NCBI GenBank assembly: GCA_964016885.1
Contig: OZ024744.1
Span: forward strand, 20,522,001 to 20,586,000
Origin: Eledone cirrhosa
Lineage: Eukaryota
Direction: 5' to 3'
Length of the DNA stretch: 64,000 nucleotides
The notes under the pieces are model-generated. The model searched no databases. It had not been told where the DNA came from and saw only the letters and a list, made by a program, of their open reading frames with translations. Below are positions 10,691 to 24,410 of this stretch, one piece after another (within the stretch, counting starts at the first letter, position 1; each line of letters opens with the position of its first letter). The translations under genes and the position numbers were made by a program.

Positions 10691-13600
10691 ACTATCTTGT
10701 TTTAACATCAGTTCAACCTTAAGAGCTGACTCGTTTAACAACAGTTGAATCTTCAAATAAATCTCGTTTTAACAACAGTTGAAAATTAAGAACTGACTCG
10801 TTTTAACAACAGTTGAATCTAAAGATAAAACTAGTTTTAACAACAGTTGAATCTTAAGAACTGACTCGTTTTAACAACAGTTGAATGTTAAGATAAAACT
10901 CGTTTTAACAATAGTTGAATCTTAAGAACTGACTCGTTTTAACAACAGTTGAATCTTAAGATAAAACTCGTTTTACCAACTGTTGAATCTTAAGAACTGA
11001 CTCGTTTTAAAAACAGCTGAATCTTAAGATATAACTCGTTTTAACAACAGTTGGATCTTAAGAACTGACTCGTTTTAACAACAGTTGAATGTTAAGATAA
11101 AACTCGTTTTAACAACAGTTGAATCTTAAGAACTGACTCGTTTTAACAACAGTTGAATCTTAAGATAAAACTCGTTTTAACAACAGTTGAATCTTAAGAA
11201 CTGACTTGTTTTATCAACAGTTCAACCGTAAGAACTGACTCGTTTTAACAACAGTTGAATCTTAAGAACTGACTCGTTTTAACAACAGTTGAATCTTAAG
11301 AACTGACTCGTTTTAACAACAGTTAAATCTTAATAACTGACTCGTTTTAACAACAGTTGAATATTTAGATAAAACTCGTTTTAACAACAGTTGAATCTTA
11401 AGAACTGACTCGTTTTAACAACAGCTGAATCTTAAGATAAAACTCGTTTTAACAACAGTTGAATCTTAAGAACTGACTCGTTTTAACAACAGTTGAATCT
11501 TCAAATAAAACTCGTTTTAACAACAGTTGAACATTAAGAACTGACTCGTTTTAACAACAGTTAAATGTTAAGATAAAACTCGTTTTAACAATAGTTGAAT
11601 CTTAAGAACTGACTCGTTTTAACAACAGTTGAATCTTAAGATAAAACTCGTTTTAACAACAGTTGAATCTTAAGAACTGACTCGTTTTAACAACAGCTGA
11701 ATCTTAAGATAAAACTCGTTTTAACAACAGTTGAATCTTAAGATAAAACTCGTTTTAACAACAGTTGAATCTTAAGAACTGACTCGTTTTAACAACATTT
11801 GAATCTTAAGATAAAACTCGTTTTAACAACAGTTGAATCTTATGAACTAACTCATTTTAACAACAGTTGAATCTTAAGTTAAGACTCGTTTTAACAACAG
11901 TTGAATCTTAAGAACTGACTCGTTTTAACGACAGCTGTATCTTAAGATAAAACTCGTTTTAACAACAGTTGAATCTTAAAGATAAAACTCGCTTTAACAA
12001 CAGTTGAATCTTAAGAACTGACTCGTTTTAACAACAGTTGAATCTTAAGATAAACCTCGTTTTAACAACAGTTTAATCCTAAGAACTGACTCGTTTTAAC
12101 AACAGTTGAATCTTAAGACAAAACTCGTTTTAACAACAGTTGAATCTTAAGAACTGACTTGTTCTAACAACAGTTCAGCCTTAAGAACTGACTCGTTTTA
12201 AAACAGTTGAATCGTTACAACTGACTCGTTTTAACAACAGTTGAATCTTAAAATAAAACTCGTTTTAACAATAGTTGAATCTCAAGAACTGACTTGTTTT
12301 AGCAACAGTTGAATCTTAAGATAACACTCGTTTTCATAACAGTTGAATCCTAAGAACTGTCTCGTTTTAACAACAGTTGAATCTTAAGATAAACCTCGTT
12401 TTAACAACAGTTGAATCTTAAGAACTGACTCGTTTTAACAACAGTTAAATCTTAATAACTGACTCGTTTTAACAACAGCTGAATCTTAAGATAAAACTCG
12501 TTTTAACAACAGTTGAATCTTAAGAACTGACTCGTTTTAACAACAGTTGAATCTTAAGATAAAACTCGTTTTAACAACTGTTGAATCTTAAGAACTGACT
12601 CGTTTTAACAACAGCTGAATCTTAAGATAAAACTCGTTTTAACACCAGTTGAATCTTAAGAACTGACTCGTTTTAACAACAGTTGAATCTTCAAATAACA
12701 CTCGTTTTAACAACAGTTGAATCTTAAGAACTGACTCGTTTTAACAACAGTTGAATGTTAAGATAAAACTCGTTTTAACAATAGTTGAATCTTAAGAACT
12801 GACTCGTTTTAACAACAGTTGAATCTTAAGATAAAACTCGTTTTAACAACAGTTGAATCTTAAGAACTGACTCGTTTTAACAACAGCTGAATCTTAAGAT
12901 AAAACTCGTTTTAACAACAGTTCATACTTAAGAAATGACTCGTTTTAACAAAAGTTGAATCTTATGAACTCACTCATTTTAACAACAGTTGAATCTTAAG
13001 ATAACATTCGTTTTAACAACAGTTGAATCTTAAGAACTGATTCGTTTTAACAACAGTTGAATCTTAAGATAAAACTCGTTTTAACAACAGTTGAATCTTA
13101 AGAACGGACTCGTTTTAACAACAGCTGAATCTTAAGATAAAACCCGTTTTAACAACAGTTGAATCTTAAGAACTGATTCGTTTTAACAACAGTTCAAACT
13201 TAAGAACTGACTCGTTTTAACAACAGTTGAATCTTATGAACTGACTCATTTTAACAACAGTTGAATCTTAAGATAACATTCGTTTTAACAACAGTTGAAT
13301 CTTAAGAACAGACTCGTTTTAACAACAGTTGAATCTTAAAGATAAAACTCGTTTCAACAACAGTTGAATCTTAAAGATAAAACTCGTTTCAACAACAGTT
13401 GAATCTTAAGAACTGACTCGTTTTAACAACAGCTGAATCTTAAGATAAAACTCGTTTTAACAACAGTTGAATCTTAAGATAAAACTCGTTTTAACAACAG
13501 TTGAATCTTAAGAACTGACTCGTTTTAACGACAGCTGAATCTTAAGATAAAACTCGTTTTAACAACAGTTCAAACTTAAGAAATGACTCGTTTTAACAAC

Positions 13601-16600
13601 AGTTGAATCTTATGAACTGACTCATTTTAACAAAAGTTGAATCTTAAGAACTGATTCGTTTTAACAACAGTTGAATCTTAAGATAAAACTCGTTTTAACA
13701 ACAGTTGAATCTTAAGAACTGACTCGTTTTAACCACAGCTGAATCTTAAGATAAAACTCGTTTTATTAACAGTTGAATCTTAAGAACTGACTCGTTTTAA
13801 CAACAGCTGAATCTTAAGATAAAACTCGTTTTATCAACAGTTGAATCTTAAGATAAAACTCGTTTTAACAACAGTTGAATCTTAAGAACTGACTCGTTTT
13901 AACAACAGTTGAATCTTAAGATAAAACTCGTTTGAACAACAGTTGAATCTTATGAACTAACTAATTTTTACAACAGTTGAATCTTAAGTTAAGACTCGTT
14001 TTAACAACAGTTGAATCTTAAGAACTGACTCGTTTTAACAACAGCTGCATCTTAAGATAAAACTCGTTTTAACAACAGTTGAATCTTAAAGATAAAACTC
14101 GCTTTAACAACAGTTGAATCTTAAGAACTGACTCGTTTTAACAACAATTGAATCTTAAGACAAAACCCGTTTTAACAACAGTTGAATCTTAAGAACTGTC
14201 TCGTTTTAACAACAGTTGAATCTTAAGATAAACCTCGTTTTAACAACAGTTTGATCTTAAGAACTGACTCGTTTTAACAACAGTTGAATCTTAAGACAAA
14301 ACTCGTTTTAACAACAGTTGAATCTTAAGAACTGACTTGTTCTAACAACAGTTCAGCCTTAAGAACTGACTCGTTTTAAAACAGTTGAATCGTTAGAACT
14401 GACTCGTTTTAACAACAGTTGAATCTTAAAATAAAACTCGTTTTAACAATAGTTGAATCTCAAGAACTGACTCGTTTAAGCAACAGTTTAATCTTAAGAT
14501 AAACCTCGTTTTAACAACAGTTGATTCTTAAGAACCGACTCGTTTCAACAACAGTTAAATCTAAATAACTGACTCGTTTTAACAACAGTTGAATGTTAAG
14601 ATAAAACTCGTTTTAACAATAGTTGAATCTTAAGAAGTGACTCGTTTTAACAACAGTTGAATCTTAAGAACTGACTCGTTTTAACAACAGTTGAATGTTA
14701 AGATAAAACTCGTTATAACAATAGTTGAATCTTAAGAACTGACTCGTTTTAACAACAGTTGAATCTTAAGATAAAACTCGTTTTAACAACAGTTGAATCT
14801 TAAGAACTGACTCGTTTTAACAACAGCTGAATCTTAAGATAAACCTCGTTTTAACAACAGTTGATTCTTAAGAACCGACTCGTTTCAACAACAGTTAAAT
14901 CTAAATAACTGACTCGTTTTAACAACAGTTGAATGTTAAGATAAAACTCGTTTTAACAACAGTTGAATCTTAAGAACTGACTCGTTTTAACAACAGCTGA
15001 ATCTTAAGATAAAACTCGTTTTAACAACAGTTGAATCTTAAGAACTATCTTGTTTTAACATCAGTTCAACCTTAAGAGCTGACTCGTTTAACAACAGTTG
15101 AATCTTCAAATAAAACTCGTTTTAACAACAGTTGAAAATTAAGAACTGACTCGTTTTAACAACAGTTGAATCTAAAGATAAAACTAGTTTTAACAACAGT
15201 TGAATCTTAAGAACTGACTCGTTTTAACAACAGTTGAATGTTAAGATAAAACTCGTTTTAACAATAGTTGAATCTTAAGAACTGACTCGTTTTAACAACA
15301 GTTGAATCTTAAGATAAAACTCGTTTTACCAACTGTTGAATCTTAAGAACTGACTCGTTTTAAAAACAGCTGAATCTTAAGATATAACTCGTTTTAACAA
15401 CAGTTGGATCTTAAGAACTGACTCGTTTTAACAACAGTGGAATCTTCAAATAAAACTCGTTTTAACAACAGTTGAATCTTAAGAACTGACTCGTTTTAAC
15501 AACAGTTGAATCTTAAGATAAAACTCGTTTTAACAACAGTTGAATCTTAAGAACTGACTTGTTTTATCAACAGTTCAACCGTAAGAACTGACTCGTTTTA
15601 ACAACAGTTGAATCTTAAGAACTGACTCGTTTTAACAACAGTTGAATCTTAAGAACTGACTCGTTTTAACAACAGTTAAATCTTAATAACTGACTCGTTT
15701 TAACAACAGTTGAATATTTAGATAAAACTCGTTTTAACAACAGTTGAATCTTAAGAACTGACTCGTTTTAACAACAGCTGAATCTTAAGATAAAACTCGT
15801 TTTAACAACAGTTGAATCTTAAGAACTGACTCGTTTTAACAACAGTTGAATCTTCAAATAAAACTCGTTTTAACAACAGTTGAACATTAAGAACTGACTC
15901 GTTTTAACAACAGTTAAATGTTAAGATAAAACTCGTTTTAACAATAGTTGAATCTTAAGAACTGACTCGTTTTAACAACAGTTGAATCTTAAGATAAAAC
16001 TCGTTTTAACAACAGTTGAATCTTAAGAACTGACTCGTTTTAACAACAGCTGAATCTTAAGATAAAACTCGTTTTAACAACAGTTGAATCTTAAGATAAA
16101 ACTCGTTTTAACAACAGTTGAATCTTAAGAACTGACTCGTTTTAACAACATTTGAATCTTAAGATAAAACTCGTTTTAACAACAGTTGAATCTTATGAAC
16201 TAACTCATTTTAACAACAGTTGAATCTTAAGTTAAGACTCGTTTTAACAACAGTTGAATCTTAAGAACTGACTCGTTTTAACGACAGCTGTATCTTAAGA
16301 TAAAACTCGTTTTAACAACAGTTGAATCTTAAAGATAAAACTCGCTTTAACAACAGTTGAATCTTAAGAACTGACTCGTTTTAACAACAGTTGAATCTTA
16401 AGATAAACCTCGTTTTAACAACAGTTTAATCCTAAGAACTGACTCGTTTTAACAACAGTTGAATCTTAAGACAAAACTCGTTTTAACAACAGTTGAATCT
16501 TAAGAACTGACTTGTTCTAACAACAGTTCAGCCTTAAGAACTGACTCGTTTTAAAACAGTTGAATCGTTACAACTGACTCGTTTTAACAACAGTTGAATC

Positions 16601-19210
16601 TTAAAATAAAACTCGTTTTAACAATAGTTGAATCTCAAGAACTGACTTGTTTTAGCAACAGTTGAATCTTAAGATAACACTCGTTTTCATAACAGTTGAA
16701 TCCTAAGAACTGTCTCGTTTTAACAACAGTTGAATCTTAAGATAAACCTCGTTTTAACAACAGTTGAATCTTAAGAACTGACTCGTTTTAACAACAGTTA
16801 AATCTTAATAACTGACTCGTTTTAACAACAGCTGAATCTTAAGATAAAACTCGTTTTAACAACAGTTGAATCTTAAGAACTGACTCGTTTTAACAACAGT
16901 TGAATCTTAAGATAAAACTCGTTTTAACAACTGTTGAATCTTAAGAACTGACTCGTTTTAACAACAGCTGAATCTTAAGATAAAACTCGTTTTAACACCA
17001 GTTGAATCTTAAGAACTGACTCGTTTTAACAACAGTTGAATCTTCAAATAACACTCGTTTTAACAACAGTTGAATCTTAAGAACTGACTCGTTTTAACAA
17101 CAGTTGAATGTTAAGATAAAACTCGTTTTAACAATAGTTGAATCTTAAGAACTGACTCGTTTTAACAACAGTTGAATCTTAAGATAAAACTCGTTTTAAC
17201 AACAGTTGAATCTTAAGAACTGACTCGTTTTAACAACAGCTGAATCTTAAGATAAAACTCGTTTTAACAACAGTTCATACTTAAGAAATGACTCGTTTTA
17301 ACAAAAGTTGAATCTTATGAACTCACTCATTTTAACAACAGTTGAATCTTAAGATAACATTCGTTTTAACAACAGTTGAATCTTAAGAACTGATTCGTTT
17401 TAACAACAGTTGAATCTTAAGATAAAACTCGTTTTAACAACAGTTGAATCTTAAGAACGGACTCGTTTTAACAACAGCTGAATCTTAAGATAAAACTCGT
17501 TTTAACAACAGTTGAATCTTAAGAACTGATTCGTTTTAACAACAGTTCAAACTTAAGAACTGACTCGTTTTAACAACAGTTGAATCTTATGAACTGACTC
17601 ATTTTAACAACAGTTGAATCTTAAGATAACATTCGTTTTAACAACAGTTGAATCTTAAGAACAGACTCGTTTTAACAACAGTTGAATCTTAAAGATAAAA
17701 CTCGTTTCAACAACAGTTGAATCTTAAAGATAAAACTCGTTTCAACAACAGTTGAATCTTAAGAACTGACTCGTTTTAACAACAGCTGAATCTTAAGATA
17801 AAACTCGTTTTAACAACAGTTGAATCTTAAGATAAAACTCGTTTTAACAACAGTTGAATCTTAAGAACTGACTCGTTTTAACGACAGCTGAATCTTAAGA
17901 TAAAACTCGTTTTAACAACAGTTCAAACTTAAGAAATGACTCGTTTTAACAACAGTTGAATCTTATGAACTGACTCATTTTAACAAAAGTTGAATCTTAA
18001 GAACTGATTCGTTTTAACAACAGTTGAATCTTAAGATAAAACTCGTTTTAACAACAGTTGAATCTTAAGAACTGACTCGTTTTAACCACAGCTGAATCTT
18101 AAGATAAAACTCGTTTTATTAACAGTTGAATCTTAAGAACTGACTCGTTTTAACAACAGCTGAATCTTAAGATAAAACTCGTTTTATCAACAGTTGAATC
18201 TTAAGATAAAACTCGTTTTAACAACAGTTGAATCTTAAGAACTGACTCGTTTTAACAACAGTTGAATCTTAAGAACTGACTCGTTTTAACAACAGCTGCA
18301 TCTTAAGATAAAACTCGTTTTAACAACAGTTGAATCTTAAAGATAAAACTCGCTTTAACAACAGTTGAATCTTAAGAACTGACTCGTTTTAACAACAATT
18401 GAATCTTAAGACAAAACCCGTTTTAACAACAGTTGAATCTTAAGAACTGTCTCGTTTTAACAACAGTTGAATCTTAAGATAAACCTCGTTTTAACAACAG
18501 TTTGATCTTAAGAACTGACTCGTTTTAACAACAGTTGAATCTTAAGACAAAACTCGTTTTAACAACAGTTGAATCTTAAGAACTGACTTGTTCTAACAAC
18601 AGTTCAGCCTTAAGAACTGACTCGTTTTAAAACAGTTGAATCGTTAGAACTGACTCGTTTTAACAACAGTTGAATCTTAAAATAAAACTCGTTTTAACAA
18701 TAGTTGAATCTCAAGAACTGACTCGTTTAAGCAACAGTTTAATCTTAAGATAAACCTCGTTTTAACAACAGTTGATTCTTAAGAACCGACTCGTTTCAAC
18801 AACAGTTAAATCTAAATAACTGACTCGTTTTAACAACAGTTGAATGTTAAGATAAAACTCGTTTTAACAATAGTTGAATCTTAAGAAGTGACTCGTTTTA
18901 ACAACAGTTGAATCTTAAGAACTGACTCGTTTTAACAACAGTTGAATGTTAAGATAAAACTCGTTATAACAATAGTTGAATCTTAAGAACTGACTCGTTT
19001 TAACAACAGTTGAATCTTAAGATAAAACTCGTTTTAACAACAGTTGAATCTTAAGAACTGACTCGTTTTAACAACAGCTGAATCTTAAGATAAACCTCGT
19101 TTTAACAACAGTTGATTCTTAAGAACCGACTCGTTTCAACAACAGTTAAATCTAAATAACTGACTCGTTTTAACAACAGTTGAATGTTAAGATAAAACTC
19201 GTTTTAACAA
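10691..19210 (+). repeat. Tandem duplication, period 4,353 bp (128 monomers +1 bp); second copy lacks 3 monomers near 18270
   Basis: The rare ACTATCTTG marker is at 10691/15044 and GCC at 12178/16531 (offset 4353). GCC 14356/18607 has offset 4251, i.e. 102 bp shorter. Confidence 0.88.
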
Positions 19211-22200
19211 TAGTTGAATCTTAAGAACTGACTCGTTTTAACAGCAGTTGAATCTTAAGATAAAACTCGTTTTAACAACTGTTGAATCTTAAGAACTGAC
19301 TCGTTTTAACAACAGCTGAATCTTAAGATAAAACTCGTTTTAACAACAGTTGAATCTTAAGAACTGACTCGTTTTAACAACAGTTGAATCTTCAAATAAA
19401 ACTCGTTTTAACAACAGTTGAATCTTAAGAACTGACTCGTTTTAACAACAGTTGAATGTTAAGATAAAACTCGTTATAACAATAGTTGAATCTTAAGAAC
19501 TGACTCGTTTTAACAACAGTTGAATCTTAAGATAAAACTCGTTTTAACAACAGTTGAATCTTAAGAACTGACTCGTTTTAACAACAGCTGAATCTTAAGA
19601 TAAAACTCGTTTTAACAACAGTTGAATCCTAAGAACTGACTTGTTTTATCAACAGTTAAACCGTAAGAACTGACTCGTTTTAACAACAGTTGAATGTTCA
19701 AATAAAACTCGTTTTAACAACAGTTGAATCTTAAGATAAAACTCGTTTTAACAACAGTTGAATCTTAAGAACTGACTCGTTTTAACAACAGCTGAATCTT
19801 AAGATAAAACTCGTTTTAACAACAGTTCAAACTTAAGAAATGACTCGTTTTAACAACAGTTGAATCTTATGAACTGACTCATTTTAACAACAGTTGAATC
19901 TTAAGAACTGATTCGTTTTAACAACAGTTGAATCTTAAGATAAAACTCGTTTTAACAACAGTTGAATCTTATGAACTAACTCATTTTAACAACAGTTGAA
20001 TCTTAAGTTAAGACTCGTTTTAACAACAGTTGAATCTTAAGAACTGACTCGTTTTAACGACAGCTGTATCTTAAGATAAAACTCGTTTTAACAACAGTTG
20101 AATCTTAAAGATAAAACTCGCTTTAACAACAGTTGAATCTTAAGAACTGACTCGTTTTAACAACAGTTGAATCTTAAGACAAAACCCGTTTTAACAACAG
20201 TTGAATCTTAAGAACTGTCTTGTTTTAACAACAGTTGAATCTTAAGATAAACCTCGTTTTAACAACAGTTTAATCTTAAGAACTGACTCGTTTTAACAAC
20301 AGTTGATTCTTAAGACAAAACTCGTTTTAACAACAGTTGAATCTTAAGAACTGACTTGTTCTAACAACAGTTCAGCCTTAAGAACTGACTCGTTTTAAAA
20401 CAGTTGAATCGTTAGAACTGACTCGTTTTAACAACAGTTGAATCTTAAAATAAAACTCGTTTTAACAATAGTTGAATCTCAAGAACTGACTCGTTTTAGC
20501 AACAGTTGAATCTTAAGATAACACTCGTTTTCATAACAGTTGAATCTTAAAAACTGTCTCGTTTTAACAACAGTTGAATCTTAAGATAAACCTCGTTTTA
20601 ACAACAGTTGAATCTTAAGAACTGACTCGTTTTAACAACAGTTAAATCTTAATAACTGACTCGTTTTAACAACAGTTGAATGTTAAGATAAAACTCGTTT
20701 TAACAATAGTTGAATCTTAAGAACTGACTCGTTTTAACAACAGTTGAATCTTAAGATAAAACTCGTTTTAACAACTGTTGAATCTTAAGAACTGACTCGT
20801 TTTAACAACAGCTGAATCTTAAGATAAAACTCGTTTTAACAACAGTTGAATCTTAAGAACTGACTCGTTTTAACAACAGCTGAATCTTAAGATAAACCTC
20901 GTTTTAACAACAGTTGATTCTTAAGAACCGACTCGTTTCAACAACAGTTAAATCTAAATAACTGACTCGTTTTAACAACAGTTGAATGTTAAGATAAAAC
21001 TCGTTTTAACAATAGTTGAATCTTAAGAACTGACTCGTTTTAACAGCAGTTGAATCTTAAGATAAAACTCGTTTTAACAACTGTTGAATCTTAAGAACTG
21101 ACTCGTTTTAACAACAGCTGAATCTTAAGATAAAACTCGTTTTAACAACAGTTGAATCTTAAGAACTGACTCGTTTTAACAACAGTTGAATCTTCAAATA
21201 AAACTCGTTTTAACAACAGTTGAATCTTAAGAACTGACTCGTTTTAACAACAGTTGAATGTTAAGATAAAACTCGTTATAACAATAGTTGAATCTTAAGA
21301 ACTGACTCGTTTTAACAACAGTTGAATCTTAAGATAAAACTCGTTTTAACAACAGTTGAATCTTAAGAACTGACTCGTTTTAACAACAGCTGAATCTTAA
21401 GATAAAACTCGTTTTAACAACAGTTGAATCCTAAGAACTGACTTGTTTTATCAACAGTTAAACCGTAAGAACTGACTCGTTTTAACAACAGTTGAATGTT
21501 CAAATAAAACTCGTTTTAACAACAGTTGAATCTTAAGATAAAACTCGTTTTAACAACAGTTGAATCTTAAGAACTGACTCGTTTTAACAACAGCTGAATC
21601 TTAAGATAAAACTCGTTTTAACAACAGTTCAAACTTAAGAAATGACTCGTTTTAACAACAGTTGAATCTTATGAACTGACTCATTTTAACAACAGTTGAA
21701 TCTTAAGAACTGATTCGTTTTAACAACAGTTGAATCTTAAGATAAAACTCATTTTAACAACAGTTGAATCTTAAGTTAAGACTCGTTTTAACAACAGTTG
21801 AATCTTAAGAACTGACTCGTTTTAACGACAGCTGTATCTTAAGATAAAACTCGTTTTAACAACAGTTGAATCTTAAAGATAAAACTCGCTTTAACAACAG
21901 TTGAATCTTAAGAACTGACTCGTTTTAACAACAGTTGAATCTTAAGACAAAACCCGTTTTAACAACAGTTGAATCTTAAGAACTGTCTTGTTTTAACAAC
22001 AGTTGAATCTTAAGATAAACCTCGTTTTAACAACAGTTTAATCTTAAGAACTGACTCGTTTTAACAACAGTTGATTCTTAAGACAAAACTCGTTTTAACA
22101 ACAGTTGAATCTTAAGAACTGACTTGTTCTAACAACAGTTCAGCCTTAAGAACTGACTCGTTTTAAAACAGTTGAATCGTTAGAACTGACTCGTTTTAAC

Positions 22201-24410
22201 AACAGTTGAATCTTAAAATAAAACTCGTTTTAACAATAGTTGAATCTCAAGAACTGACTCGTTTTAGCAACAGTTGAATCTTAAGATAACACTCGTTTTC
22301 ATAACAGTTGAATCTTAAAAACTGTCTCGTTTTAACAACAGTTGAATCTTAAGATAAACCTCGTTTTAACAACAGTTGAATCTTAAGAACTGACTCGTTT
22401 TAACAACAGTTAAATCTTAATAACTGACTCGTTTTAACAACAGTTGAATGTTAAGATAAAACTCGTTTTAACAATAGTTGAATCTTAAGAACTGACTCGT
22501 TTTAACAACAGTTGAATCTTAAGATAAAACTCGTTTTAACAACTGTTGAATCTTAAGAACTGACTCGTTTTAACAACAGCTGAATCTTAAGATAAAACTC
22601 GTTTTAACAACAGTTGAATCTTAAGAACTGACTCGTTTTAACAACAGCTGAATCTTAAGATAAACCTCGTTTTAACAACAGTTGATTCTTAAGAACCGAC
22701 TCGTTTCAACAACAGTTAAATCTAAATAACTGACTCGTTTTAACAACAGTTGAATGTTAAGATAAAACTCGTTTTAACAATAGTTGAATCTTAAGAACTG
22801 ACTCGTTTTAACAGCAGTTGAATCTTAAGATAAAACTCGTTTTAACAACTGTTGAATCTTAAGAACTGACTCGTTTTAACAACAGCTGAATCTTAAGATA
22901 AAACTCGTTTTAACAACAGTTGAATCTTAAGAACTGACTCGTTTTAACAACAGTTGAATCTTCAAATAAAACTCGTTTTAACAACAGTTGAATCTTAAGA
23001 ACTGACTCGTTTTAACAACAGTTGAATGTTAAGATAAAACTCGTTATAACAATAGTTGAATCTTAAGAACTGACTCGTTTTAACAACAGTTGAATCTTAA
23101 GATAAAACTCGTTTTAACAACAGTTGAATCTTAAGAACTGACTCGTTTTAACAACAGCTGAATCTTAAGATAAAACTCGTTTTAACAACAGTTGAATCCT
23201 AAGAACTGACTTGTTTTATCAACAGTTAAACCGTAAGAACTGACTCGTTTTAACAACAGTTGAATGTTCAAATAAAACTCGTTTTAACAACAGTTGAATC
23301 TTAAGATAAAACTCGTTTTAACAACAGTTGAATCTTAAGAACTGACTCGTTTTAACAACAGCTGAATCTTAAGATAAAACTCGTTTTAACAACAGTTCAA
23401 ACTTAAGAAATGACTCGTTTTAACAACAGTTGAATCTTATGAACTGACTCATTTTAACAACAGTTGAATCTTAAGAACTGATTCGTTTTAACAACAGTTG
23501 AATCTTAAGATAAAACTCGTTTTAACAACAGTTGAATCTTATGAACTAACTCATTTTAACAACAGTTGAATCTTAAGTTAAGACTCGTTTTAACAACAGT
23601 TGAATCTTAAGAACTGACTCGTTTTAACGACAGCTGTATCTTAAGATAAAACTCGTTTTAACAACAGTTGAATCTTAAAGATAAAACTCGCTTTAACAAC
23701 AGTTGAATCTTAAGAACTGACTCGTTTTAACAACAGTTGAATCTTAAGACAAAACCCGTTTTAACAACAGTTGAATCTTAAGAACTGTCTTGTTTTAACA
23801 ACAGTTGAATCTTAAGATAAACCTCGTTTTAACAACAGTTTAATCTTAAGAACTGACTCGTTTTAACAACAGTTGATTCTTAAGACAAAACTCGTTTTAA
23901 CAACAGTTGAATCTTAAGAACTGACTTGTTCTAACAACAGTTCAGCCTTAAGAACTGACTCGTTTTAAAACAGTTGAATCGTTAGAACTGACTCGTTTTA
24001 ACAACAGTTGAATCTTAAAATAAAACTCGTTTTAACAATAGTTGAATCTCAAGAACTGACTCGTTTTAGCAACAGTTGAATCTTAAGATAACACTCGTTT
24101 TCATAACAGTTGAATCTTAAGATAAACCTCGTTTTAACAACAGTTGAATCTTAAGAACTGACTCGTTTTAACAACAGTTAAATCTTAATAACTGACTCGT
24201 TTTAACAACAGTTGAATGTTAAGATAAAACTCGTTTTAACAATAGTTGAATCTTAAGAACTGACTCGTTTTAACAACAGTTGAATCTTAAGATAAAACTC
24301 GTTTTAACAACTGTTGAATCTTAAGAACTGACTCGTTTTAACAACAGCTGAATCTTAAGATAAAACTCGTTTTAACAACAGTTGAATCTTAAGAACTGAC
24401 TCGTTTTAAC
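19075..24410 (+). repeat. Tandem triplication of a 52-53 monomer unit (1,768-1,802 bp)
   Basis: ACAGCAG at 19241/21043/22811, AAACCGTAAG near 19658/21460/23228, and GCC at 20375/22143/23945. Confidence 0.88.
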
